DNA of 64,000 nucleotides. Source: Pseudomonadota bacterium. GTDB lineage: Bacteria > Bdellovibrionota_B > Oligoflexia > Oligoflexales > CAIYRB01. The translations under genes and the position numbers were made by a program. The notes beneath the pieces were generated by a model. It was not told where the DNA came from. It made no database searches and was given only the letters and a program-made list of their open reading frames with translations. Numbering within the stretch: the stretch's first letter is position 1; each line of letters opens with the position of its first letter. Below are positions 56,164 to 64,000 of this stretch, in pieces. The stretch lies in assembly GCA_031416315.1 (NCBI GenBank), contig JANOTL010000094.1, forward strand, positions 1 to 64,000. Direction: 5' to 3'.

Positions 56164-56940
56164 ATGATGCGCCCCTTTGCGACCATGATTCTTTGCGTTG
56201 CCGCGACGAGCGCGTCAGCCAACGAGCTCGTGCTTCTTCCCGCGTTTCAGGACGGCCCGCTTGGCGCGTGTCCCGTTTTCGACCGCGCGACGAGCGCCGA
56301 GGCGGAGCTGCGGATCGCGAGCACGGTGCCGCGCACGACGACACTCGCGCTCGGCGCGGCGACGCCTTTGGGACGAGACGTCTCGTTCTCCGCGTCGGCG
56401 CAGACGCTCCAGGACGCGCGGGGGGCCGGTCGGCGCGCCGACGTGAAGGCAGGTCCTCTCGTCTGGTTCGGAGCGCTCGCGGTCGGCGGCGCGGTCGGTG
56501 CTGTTTTTCTCGCCGAGACGCCACGGCCTGCGCCGATGGCGACGGCCTTTGCCGGCTGGCGAGGCAAGGACCTGACGGCCGCGGTGCAACATCGGCTGTA
56601 CGATAACGACGGCAAAGCGTCGCCGCCTCCCCCGACCACAGCGCTACGGGGTCGCTATGCCTTGCTGCAAGAGTTGGATCTGGGATTCGATCTTTCGACG
56701 ACCGATGCGCTCTGGTCCGTCGCCGGCGGCGGCGTCTACAAGACGACGGTCGGCGTCGATCTGGCGACGTCCTACCACTTTGCCGAGCCCAAAGCGGGCG
56801 CTTCGCGGCTAGGCGTCGGCGTCGTCGTCCCCGCAGCGGCGTTCAGGTTGCAGTTGGATCTCGGATACCAGACCAGCAAGCCCCCAGGTTCCGACGCCAA
56901 GGCCTGGGACATCGCTTCGAGCTTGGTCGTACCCCTCTGA
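56164..56940 (+). CDS. Secreted hypothetical protein, possibly a beta-barrel
   Basis: Signal peptide, alternating beta-strand patterns; ATG 56164 with GGAG RBS. Confidence 0.55.
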   Translation: MMRPFATMILCVAATSASANELVLLPAFQDGPLGACPVFDRATSAEAELRIASTVPRTTTLALGAATPLGRDVSFSASAQTLQDARGAGRRADVKAGPLVWFGALAVGGAVGAVFLAETPRPAPMATAFAGWRGKDLTAAVQHRLYDNDGKASPPPPTTALRGRYALLQELDLGFDLSTTDALWSVAGGGVYKTTVGVDLATSYHFAEPKAGASRLGVGVVVPAAAFRLQLDLGYQTSKPPGSDAKAWDIASSLVVPL

Positions 56941-57057
56941 AATCAGCTCTTTTCCCTTGCGAAAAAGGCTTCGGCTTGCGATCCGGCGGCCGTGGGATCG
57001 CCAACGACGCGGCCGCCGCGCCGTTGCCGACCCGGCCCAAGCCGGGTACGATGCGGC

Positions 57058-58398
57058 ATGAATTTGCTCGCCGTCTTCGTGCTGGTGTTCGCCAACGGCT
57101 TTTTCGTCGCCGCCGAGTTCGCGCTCGTGACGGTGCGCCGTACACGAATCGCTCAACTGATGGACGAGGGTGTGGGCGCCGCGCGCGCCGTCGACCGCGC
57201 GCTCACCGACCTGGACCGCTACATCGCGGGAAGTCAGGTCGGCATCACGCTCGCGAGCTTGGCGCTCGGCTGGATCGGCGAGCCGACCTTGGCGAAGATT
57301 CTGCAGCCTTTGCTGCAGGACATGTTCCCGAACACCGCGGTCGTCATCGCGCACAGCATCGCGGTTGGCGTGGCCTTCGCGATCATCACCTTCCTCCACG
57401 TGATCCTCGGCGAGCTGGTGCCGAAATCGCTTGCCTTGCAAAAGGCGGAAGAGACCGCTCTCTTCGTCGCGCGGCCGATGCGCGTCGTGGTGGCCCTGTT
57501 CCGCCCGCTGATTTGGAGCCTGAACGGCCTCGGTAACTTGCTCCTGCGCCTCGTGGGCTTGGAGCCGGCCGGCGAGCACGCCTCCGTGCACTCGTCCAAG
57601 GAGCTGGGACTACTCGTCCGCGAGAGCCATGAGGCCGGCGAGCTCGACGACACGGAGCGCCGGCTTCTGCAGCGCTCTTTGCGTTTCAGCGAGACCACCG
57701 TCTCCTCGATCATGGTGCCGCGCGCGGATATGGAAGCGCTCGACCTGTCCCAGCCCACCGAGATCGTGATGCAGCGCGTCGCCAAGCTGAAGCATTCGCG
57801 CTTTCCCGCATACGACGGCTCGCCGGACCACATCGTCGGCATCCTCTATCTGCAGGATCTGTTCGCGGCGCTCGAAGGCGCGCGCGGGAACCTCGCGGCG
57901 CTCGATCTGCAGAAGCTCGTCAAACCGCCGCTGCTCGTCCCCGAATCCGTCCATTTGGACATCCTCATGAAGCGCTTTCGCACCTCGCAGGTGCAGCTCG
58001 CGGTCGTCGTCGACGAATACGGGGGCACGGCCGGCATCGTGACGCTCGAGGACGTCGTCGAGTGCGTCTTCGGTCGCATGAACGACCACAACGAGGTCGG
58101 CGACGAGCCCTTCTCGCCGACCATAGACGGCTTTATGATCAAGGGCGACGCCCGCCTCGTGGAGGTGAGTGAGCTCCTCGGCCACGAGCTCACCGACGAG
58201 ACCTCCGACACCATCGCCGGCTTCGTCGTCGCGAAGCTCGGGCGCCTCGCGAAGGTCGGCGACCGCGTTCGCGTTCACCGCGCCGACTTCGAGGTGACCG
58301 AGGTGGACCATCGCCGCGTCACCGGGCTCAGGCTGCGGTTGCCGCAGTCGGGTATCGATCTGGGCGCGGACCCCCTCGAAGGTGAGCCGGCGCCCTGA
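57058..58398 (+). CDS. CNNM/CorB-type hemolysin family protein (DUF21-CBS-CorC)
   Basis: NGFFVAAEFAL, QVGITLASLALGWIGEP, GELVPKS, MVPR, HSRFP, VVDEYGGTAGIVTLED. Confidence 0.95.
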   Translation: MNLLAVFVLVFANGFFVAAEFALVTVRRTRIAQLMDEGVGAARAVDRALTDLDRYIAGSQVGITLASLALGWIGEPTLAKILQPLLQDMFPNTAVVIAHSIAVGVAFAIITFLHVILGELVPKSLALQKAEETALFVARPMRVVVALFRPLIWSLNGLGNLLLRLVGLEPAGEHASVHSSKELGLLVRESHEAGELDDTERRLLQRSLRFSETTVSSIMVPRADMEALDLSQPTEIVMQRVAKLKHSRFPAYDGSPDHIVGILYLQDLFAALEGARGNLAALDLQKLVKPPLLVPESVHLDILMKRFRTSQVQLAVVVDEYGGTAGIVTLEDVVECVFGRMNDHNEVGDEPFSPTIDGFMIKGDARLVEVSELLGHELTDETSDTIAGFVVAKLGRLAKVGDRVRVHRADFEVTEVDHRRVTGLRLRLPQSGIDLGADPLEGEPAP

Positions 58399-58404
58399 GT
58401 GCGA

Positions 58405-58833
58405 TTACTTGTGCAGCGCCGAGACGCTCTCGATGACGAGCGAGTCGGGCGTCGTGATCTGCACGGCGCCGGCGTCGTTGTTGCGGACGTCGAGGTAAAC
58501 TTTGCCCTGCGAGTAGCCGTAGGACAAGCAGACCGGCCCCGAGGCGATCGCCAACTCGAACTGCTGGATCTCCGTGCGCGCGGCGGCGCTGACGTTGTTT
58601 TTGATCAGGCTCACGTAGTCGGCGACGCGCGTGTCGTATTGGATCGTGTAGGAGTCGTCGGCCGTCCAAGCGAGCTCGAGGTCGATCGTGCCAGGGCAGT
58701 TGTGCGCCTCGGCCGTGCGGACGTCGAGGACGAGCAGCTCGGCGCTGGGGGCGAGCTCGATGATGCGGGTTTCCGCGAGGGCGGGGGTGGCGAGGGTGGC
58801 GAGGGCGAGGCTCAGAGTTTGGATCGAGCGCAT
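58405..58833 (-). CDS. Secreted hypothetical protein
   Basis: Signal peptide MRSIQTLSLALATLATPALA, two Cys in the mature part, GGAG RBS. Confidence 0.7.
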   Translation of the reverse strand: MRSIQTLSLALATLATPALAETRIIELAPSAELLVLDVRTAEAHNCPGTIDLELAWTADDSYTIQYDTRVADYVSLIKNNVSAAARTEIQQFELAIASGPVCLSYGYSQGKVYLDVRNNDAGAVQITTPDSLVIESVSALHK

Positions 58834-58979
58834 GGTTTGGAGGTCTCCAAATGAGTTTGTCTGGCAGCCTTCTTTTACGCGAGGCGCTCTTTCCCGGTAA
58901 GCCTTGGCCAGCCAGTTAGCCGGAAATGGTCGTCCTGACTAAGCCTTTCTGCGACGCGGCTGAGGCGTTCGCCAGCTGA

Positions 58980-59008
58980 GCGTTCTGCGAACACAAATCG
59001 CAGAACGC
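58980..59008. promoter_or_regulatory. Perfect 11-bp inverted repeat in a divergent intergenic region
   Basis: GCGTTCTGCGA-N7-TCGCAGAACGC. Confidence 0.55.
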
Positions 59009-59078
59009 ACTCCTCGCCGCTATTCAGCGCCCACGGGCTGCGCTATCTTGCGCCTCCACAACCTGGAGCCCGAACCCC

Positions 59079-59471
59079 ATGAAACTCTCGATCCTCTTCG
59101 CCCTCTCGACCGTTTTCGCCGCAGCCGAGGCCATTGCCGGCACGACCGTCTGCTCGTCGGCGGACCAGCGCGTCTCGACCGCGGCCAGCTTCCCCGACGG
59201 CGGCGCGCCGTTCGAGCCGACCTACCGTATCGCCCTCGACGGCATCACCCTCTTCGAGCGTGACGTCTTCAGCGGCGCCGACGTCCAGGACGCGGATTAT
59301 GCCGTCACCGACGAGACCGAGATCTCGTTCGAGCCGATGACGAAAGACCAGCCGCAGACGCGCGTGTTCGCCGCGCGCCTCGATTTACAGAGCCGCGCGA
59401 CGGGCGCGACCCTGTTCTCGGATTTCATGCTGTGCAAGACGGTCAGCCGTCCCTGCCCGCTCTGTCCCTGA
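59079..59471 (+). CDS. Secreted hypothetical protein
   Basis: Signal peptide, C-terminal C...PCPLCP, GGAG RBS. Confidence 0.7.
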   Translation: MKLSILFALSTVFAAAEAIAGTTVCSSADQRVSTAASFPDGGAPFEPTYRIALDGITLFERDVFSGADVQDADYAVTDETEISFEPMTKDQPQTRVFAARLDLQSRATGATLFSDFMLCKTVSRPCPLCP

Positions 59472-59483
59472 ACGCGCCGCGAC

Positions 59484-60218
59484 TCACGGCGCTACGGACG
59501 GCGCCGGGTTGTTCTGCTTGAGGCATTTGCGCGCCTTGGCGAGGAGCGCCAGGAGCTGCCCCTTGCTCGGCGACAGGCACTTGCCGTCCTTGTCGATGCT
59601 CGACACCCATTTGATGTAGCCCGAAAGCTCTTTGAAGTCGGTCGGGCAGGCGCCAGCGACCTGGATCGCCGTGAGGCTGCCGCGCCAGATGAACGGACCT
59701 TGCCAAGTGGCGATGGCGAACGCCGCATCCGAGTGCCCGTCGTTCATCCAGCCGAAGAGGCTGAAGTCGCCGCCGAAATCTTGCTTAAGCGAAGCGTACT
59801 CAGGGAGCTCCGTCTCCATCAACGCTTTCAGCGTGAGGCTCGCCGTGTACTGACAGGCCATCGCGACCTTGCTCGGCTTCACGCTGCAGGCGGAGTTGGC
59901 GTTCGCGGTTTCGCCGTTGCAAGCCGCGCCGTTCTGATAGGGCGCGTAGAAGTCGTCGCTGGAGAAGGTCATGTACTTGCCGCGGCTCGAATAGAGCCAG
60001 TACTCGTTGCCCGTCGAGTAGTCCCAGTCCGTCGTCGGATTGACGTCGGCCGGGATCTGCGTCACGGCCGGCTTGTTCTCGAGGATGTCGAGACCGACGA
60101 CGGCGGGCGCGTCGGCCAGCACGGTTTCGTCGGCTTTCAAGGTGGTCTTGCCGTCGCCGGTGCGGCAACCGGTGAGCACGAGGATGGCGAGGGTCGCGGC
60201 GGTCGTCGTCTTCAACAT
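59484..60218 (-). CDS. Cys-rich hypothetical lipoprotein
   Basis: MLKTTTAATLAILVLTG-C lipobox; six further Cys; GGAGAG RBS. Confidence 0.75.
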   Translation of the reverse strand: MLKTTTAATLAILVLTGCRTGDGKTTLKADETVLADAPAVVGLDILENKPAVTQIPADVNPTTDWDYSTGNEYWLYSSRGKYMTFSSDDFYAPYQNGAACNGETANANSACSVKPSKVAMACQYTASLTLKALMETELPEYASLKQDFGGDFSLFGWMNDGHSDAAFAIATWQGPFIWRGSLTAIQVAGACPTDFKELSGYIKWVSSIDKDGKCLSPSKGQLLALLAKARKCLKQNNPAPSVAP

Positions 60219-60301
60219 GGGGATCTCTCCGGTGGGGTGCAGAGAGAGGGATCGGCTGCCACCGGCCCATTCTTGAGGGTAAATTTTCGCAGCAAAAACG
60301 C

Positions 60302-61294
60302 TTAGCCGGCGTTCGGCCGCGGCGTTTCGGCGGTCGACGGCGGCAAAGACGGCAAGGTGATCTGCGGCTGCTTGCCCGTCAGCGTCTTCAAGAAGCTGAC
60401 GATGTTTCGGACCTCCGGCGCCTCCAGCTCGATCCCCAGCTGGTGGCGGGCCATGAGCTCGACCGCGCCCTCCAGCGACCACTGCGAGCCGTCGTGAAAG
60501 TAGGGATAGGTGAGGGCGACGTTGCGCAGGGTCGGCACTTTGAAGACGTTGCGGTCGGCCGGATTCTTCGTCACCGCGCTGCGCCCCTCGATTTTCGAGT
60601 CGGTGACGAAGGGCTTGACCAGGCCCAGCTTTTGGAACGAGTTGCCGCCGACGGCCGGGCCATTGTGGCAGCCGGCACAACCGCGGTTCTTGAAGGATTC
60701 GTAGCCGGAGAGCTCGTCCTTGCTCAGCGCCGCGTCGTCGCCGCCGAGCCATCGGTCGAAGCGGGAGCCCGGCGTCACCAAGGTCTCCTCGAAGGCGGCG
60801 ATCGCCTGTTGGACGCGCGGCATCGTGATCTCGCCGCCGCCGAAAGCGGCCACGAACAGCGGCGCATAGCCGGGAATCGAGTGTAGCACCTTCACCGCGA
60901 GGTCGTGGTTCGAGCCCATCTCGCCTGGGTTCGCCACGGGGCCGCCGGCCTGCTCGATCAGATCTTTGGCGCGACCGTCCCAGAACTGCGCCAGATTGTA
61001 CGAGCTGTTGAGCACGGTCGGCGAGTTGATCGGGCCAAGGTTCCACTTGTGACCGATCGACGAGGTCAGGTTGTCGGCCCCGCCCGTCGCGAGGTTGTGG
61101 CAGGAGTTGCAGCTGATGTAACCGGACTTCGATAGGCGCGGGTCGAAGAAGAGGGCTTTTCCGAGCTCGACGGCGGCGGGATTCGGCGCCTTCTTCGCGA
61201 CGATCGCCTGGATCGGCTCGCCGGCGCGCGTGACCGCGACGGCCTGGGTGGTCGGAATCAAGAGCCAAAATAGGACCGTTAGTAGGCTGCGCAT
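60302..61294 (-). CDS. ccp: Di-heme cytochrome c peroxidase (CCP/MauG family)
   Basis: LFFDPRLS, SCNSCH, QFWDGRA, NPGEM, GCAGCH, FKVPTLRNV, PYFHDG. Confidence 0.95.
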   Translation of the reverse strand: MRSLLTVLFWLLIPTTQAVAVTRAGEPIQAIVAKKAPNPAAVELGKALFFDPRLSKSGYISCNSCHNLATGGADNLTSSIGHKWNLGPINSPTVLNSSYNLAQFWDGRAKDLIEQAGGPVANPGEMGSNHDLAVKVLHSIPGYAPLFVAAFGGGEITMPRVQQAIAAFEETLVTPGSRFDRWLGGDDAALSKDELSGYESFKNRGCAGCHNGPAVGGNSFQKLGLVKPFVTDSKIEGRSAVTKNPADRNVFKVPTLRNVALTYPYFHDGSQWSLEGAVELMARHQLGIELEAPEVRNIVSFLKTLTGKQPQITLPSLPPSTAETPRPNAG

Positions 61295-61339
61295 GTCATC
61301 TCTCCAACTTGTTGGCGCCATCCTAGGCGAACTCAACGC

Positions 61340-61387
61340 TTGAAAATAATTCAATCGCGGCATCATAATGATCGATCAAAACGATCA
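61340..61387. promoter_or_regulatory. LysR-type operator (T-N11-A dyads) between ccp and lysR
   Basis: TTGAA-N5-TTCAA (61340-61354) and TGATCG-N7-CGATCA (61369-61387). Confidence 0.65.
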
Positions 61388-61399
61388 CGGGTGCGATGC

Positions 61400-62278
61400 A
61401 TGAGTTTTCGCGATCATCTCGAGAAAGTCCGCTACTTCCGCGCCGTTTGCGACGCCGGCAGTTTTCGGAAGGCCGCGGAGCAGCTGCACTTGTCGCAGTC
61501 GAGTCTCACCGTCGCGATCAAGAAGCTCGAAGGCAGCGTCGGGGAGCGCTTGCTGATCCGCACGAAGAAGGGGACGCGCCCGACCGCCGCGGGCGACATG
61601 GTGCTCGCGTTCGCCAGAGACCTCGGCTTTCGCGTCGAAGATCTCGAGGCTCGGCTCCGCGCCCCCGATGGCACGGCCGCGGCGGGCCGCCTAAGGGTCG
61701 GCGCTTACGACAGCATCGCTGTCTACTGGTTGCCCCGCGTTTTACGCCATCTCCGGCGGGTGCTGCCCAACGTCAGCCTGTCGGTGTCGATCGGCTCGAG
61801 CGGCGTCTTGACCGACCGCGTCCGCGCGGGGGACCTCGACCTCGCGGTCGCCGTGGCGCCGACGGCGAGCGGGCCCTTGCGCATCGACGAGCTCTTCAAG
61901 GATCGTTTCAGCATCTTCGGGACGCGGCAGGTGGGCCGCGACCTCGTGCACCTGATCGGCAACTTCGCGGCGCGCGTCGCGCCGGGCCAGAGCCTTAGCG
62001 ACGTCTTGCACGAGCGAGGGATCGCGACCGCCGAAGGGCTGGAGGTCGAAAGCTTCGAAATCGCCAAGTCGCTGGCGTTGGAGAGCGTCGGACCTGCTGT
62101 TTTACCGCATCGCGTCGCAGAGTTCGGGCCCGCGGCCAAGCGCCTCGTGCGGGTCGGCGGGACGCCCCATTCCTTTGGCGTGCACAGCATCTGCCTGGTC
62201 ACGCTCGACGAGCTGCACGAGCGCAATCGGCTCGTGCGGCGCGTCACTCAGGAGATGAGGGCGGTGCGGCAGGCGTGA
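61400..62278 (+). CDS. LysR-family transcriptional regulator
   Basis: GSFRKAAEQLHLSQSSLTVAIKKLE...PTAAG, GRLRVG. Confidence 0.93.
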   Translation: MSFRDHLEKVRYFRAVCDAGSFRKAAEQLHLSQSSLTVAIKKLEGSVGERLLIRTKKGTRPTAAGDMVLAFARDLGFRVEDLEARLRAPDGTAAAGRLRVGAYDSIAVYWLPRVLRHLRRVLPNVSLSVSIGSSGVLTDRVRAGDLDLAVAVAPTASGPLRIDELFKDRFSIFGTRQVGRDLVHLIGNFAARVAPGQSLSDVLHERGIATAEGLEVESFEIAKSLALESVGPAVLPHRVAEFGPAAKRLVRVGGTPHSFGVHSICLVTLDELHERNRLVRRVTQEMRAVRQA

Positions 62279-62421
62279 TCGCCGTCCGCAGCCGCATCCT
62301 CCGCAACGCTCGACTGATTTCGCCGCGTTTTGCGAATGGGCCAAGCGCGCCGGCATCCGTCTTCTCAGGATCTTTTCACACTCTGCATTCTCCCGTCATT
62401 TTGTCCCGGCATCCTCGAAGC

Positions 62422-63117
62422 ATGTTTCTCGCCGACCTACACGTGCACACGAACTGGAGCGACGGCACCCTCTCGCTCCGCGAGGTCGTCGACTTGTACG
62501 GCGAGCGCGGCTTCGGCGCCATCGCCGTCACCGACCATCTCTGCGAGGAGAAGACGTTCCTCGGGCGCGCCGCGCGCCTCCTCGGACGCACGCTGACCCG
62601 CTCGACGCTGCCCGCGTACTATAAGGAGCTCCGGGAAGAGGCAGCGCGGGCCTTCGACCAATACGGAATGATCTTGCTCCCGGGCCTGGAGCTGACGAAG
62701 AACTCCCTGAGCGCCAAAGACTCGGCGCATATCCTTGCGATCGGCCGCGAGACCGCGACTCCCGCCGATCTCGATGTCGCTGACGCGGCTCGCCTCATCC
62801 GCGCAGAGGGCGCGCTCGCCATCGCCGCGCATCCCGTGCACACCCGCCGCGTCGAGCCGCAAACGTATGCGATCTGGAGCCGGCGTCACGAGCTCGCGAC
62901 GGCGTTCGATGCATGGGAGGTGGCGAGCGGGCCGTACTTCTTCGATGAAGTCGCGGCATCGCGCCTGCCGAAGATCGCTTCCAGCGATCTGCACCATCGT
63001 CGGCAGATCACGTCTTGGAAGACGGAGCTCGACTGCGAGCTTCATCCCGAGGCGATCTTGGACGCGGTGCGGCGGCAGGAGGTGCGGTTTCGGTTCTATT
63101 CGGCCGAAGTCGCCTGA
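62422..63117 (+). CDS. PHP-domain metal-dependent phosphoesterase
   Basis: DLHVHTNWSDG, AVTDH, PGLE, AAHP, SSDLH. Confidence 0.9.
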   Translation: MFLADLHVHTNWSDGTLSLREVVDLYGERGFGAIAVTDHLCEEKTFLGRAARLLGRTLTRSTLPAYYKELREEAARAFDQYGMILLPGLELTKNSLSAKDSAHILAIGRETATPADLDVADAARLIRAEGALAIAAHPVHTRRVEPQTYAIWSRRHELATAFDAWEVASGPYFFDEVAASRLPKIASSDLHHRRQITSWKTELDCELHPEAILDAVRRQEVRFRFYSAEVA

Positions 63118-63131
63118 AACGCTTCCCGTGA

Positions 63132-64000
63132 TCAGGGCGTCAGCTCTTGGGACAAGGTCGTGAACGCGCCGTTCGCTTTCAGCTTGGCGAGCAAGGCTTC
63201 GACGGTCGCCTGAGCCGCGGGGGCGACGGTGTCGGTCGCCTCGCCGGCGCCGGCGTTGTTCTGCACTTCCGACTCGTCTTTCAGCTCACCGATGACGCCG
63301 ACCGCTTGCGCCATCGCCAAGAAAAGGCAGGGCGTGATGCGGGTCGGATTCGTCTCGGACGGCGCCGCCGGAAGCTTTCCGTACTTGCTAGCGGCGATGG
63401 AAGACGTCGGCAACGCGGCGAAATCGGGGCTCGGACAGGCGGAGTCGAGCGGCGCCAGCAGCACGAGGCCGTTGAGAACGCGCGCCTCGATCAAAAACCA
63501 ACGCAGGCGTCGGCGCAGCTCGTGAATGCCTTTGCCTTCTTCCAGGTGGGAAAGGTCCCACGCGGTGGTCTCGAGCTCGTCGAGCTCTTCGCGCAGCACG
63601 GCGAAGCGATCGGCCTTGTCGGCTTCATAGTCCTTCCAGGGGAACGCGGTGAGCTTGGCGAGCACGTCGTCGAGGAAAGGCGTGCCGCCGTCGGTCGGAT
63701 AGTAGCGGCCGTCGACGAGCAGCGTCTCGAGCTCGGTCCTCGCCTCGTCGCGCTTCTTCTTCAGCTTCGTGATGGCGGCGGCGGCGGCGTTCTGTTGCTC
63801 GGCCTTCGCGAGGATCGACGTCCACTTGTCGACGCTGCCGATTTTGTCCTCGAGGTCTTTGAAGCTCTTCCGCCAGGCGGCGAACATCGGGTCGTCGTTG
63901 GCGTAGAGTCGGCCGAGCGCCTGCAAGTTGAAGGCGGCGATCCGATTGTCGCCCTTGACGAGGTCCTTAGCGGCCTTCGCCGCCGTGGCATTCTCGGCGA
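63132..64000 (-). CDS. Helical protein with CHAD-like motifs, 5'-truncated at the window edge
   Basis: Frame is open to the edge; FKDLEDKIGSVD and IHELRRRLRW resemble CHAD L.D.LG and H..R...R motifs. Confidence 0.5.
   Translation of the reverse strand, partial: AENATAAKAAKDLVKGDNRIAAFNLQALGRLYANDDPMFAAWRKSFKDLEDKIGSVDKWTSILAKAEQQNAAAAAITKLKKKRDEARTELETLLVDGRYYPTDGGTPFLDDVLAKLTAFPWKDYEADKADRFAVLREELDELETTAWDLSHLEEGKGIHELRRRLRWFLIEARVLNGLVLLAPLDSACPSPDFAALPTSSIAASKYGKLPAAPSETNPTRITPCLFLAMAQAVGVIGELKDESEVQNNAGAGEATDTVAPAAQATVEALLAKLKANGAFTTLSQELTP

Noticed and set aside
61340..61354. FNR box upstream of ccp
   Set aside because: TTGAA-N5-TTCAA does not fit TTGAT-N4-ATCAA; a LysR dyad explains it better.
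1..64000. CRISPR arrays, tRNA/rRNA, IS elements, prophage or defence genes
   Set aside because: No regularly spaced repeats, structural RNA signatures, transposase, integrase or phage proteins seen by eye.

Overview
GC-rich bacterial chromosomal window with about 58 CDS. I see no rRNA, tRNA, CRISPR array, integrase or transposase. The gene content (fused ccoNO, NrfHA, a TPR-wHTH-DeoR regulator, secreted GFDDND-motif paralogues) suggests a Bdellovibrionota/Oligoflexia-like or related former-deltaproteobacterial genome; this is inference. 1-12 kb: kup, two hybrid histidine kinases (one broken by an apparent deletion and frameshift), an Hpt/response-regulator relay leading a TPR-YaiO / HEAT / GT2 operon, and a beta-propeller lipoprotein. 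12-20 kb: FAD/Rieske oxidoreductase, di-heme oxidoreductase, TPR regulator, ABC1 kinase, SDR. 20-56 kb: a low-oxygen island with nrfHA, a cbb3 oxidase cluster, 3 tandem-USP proteins, 4 small CBS proteins, 3 cytochrome c'-like proteins, 4 GFDDND paralogues, 2 proteases, several kinases and one NtrC-type sigma54 activator. Reading the intergenic DNA by eye shows 15 sigma54 -24/-12 promoter matches in this island, including five divergent pairs. It also shows a recurrent palindrome, GCGnsA-NN-TsnCGC, usually 8-10 bp upstream of the -24 box, which points to a compact, apparently self-contained sigma54 hypoxia regulon. 56-64 kb: CNNM/CorC protein, secreted hypotheticals, a cytochrome c peroxidase with a divergent LysR, a PHP protein and a partial CHAD-like gene.
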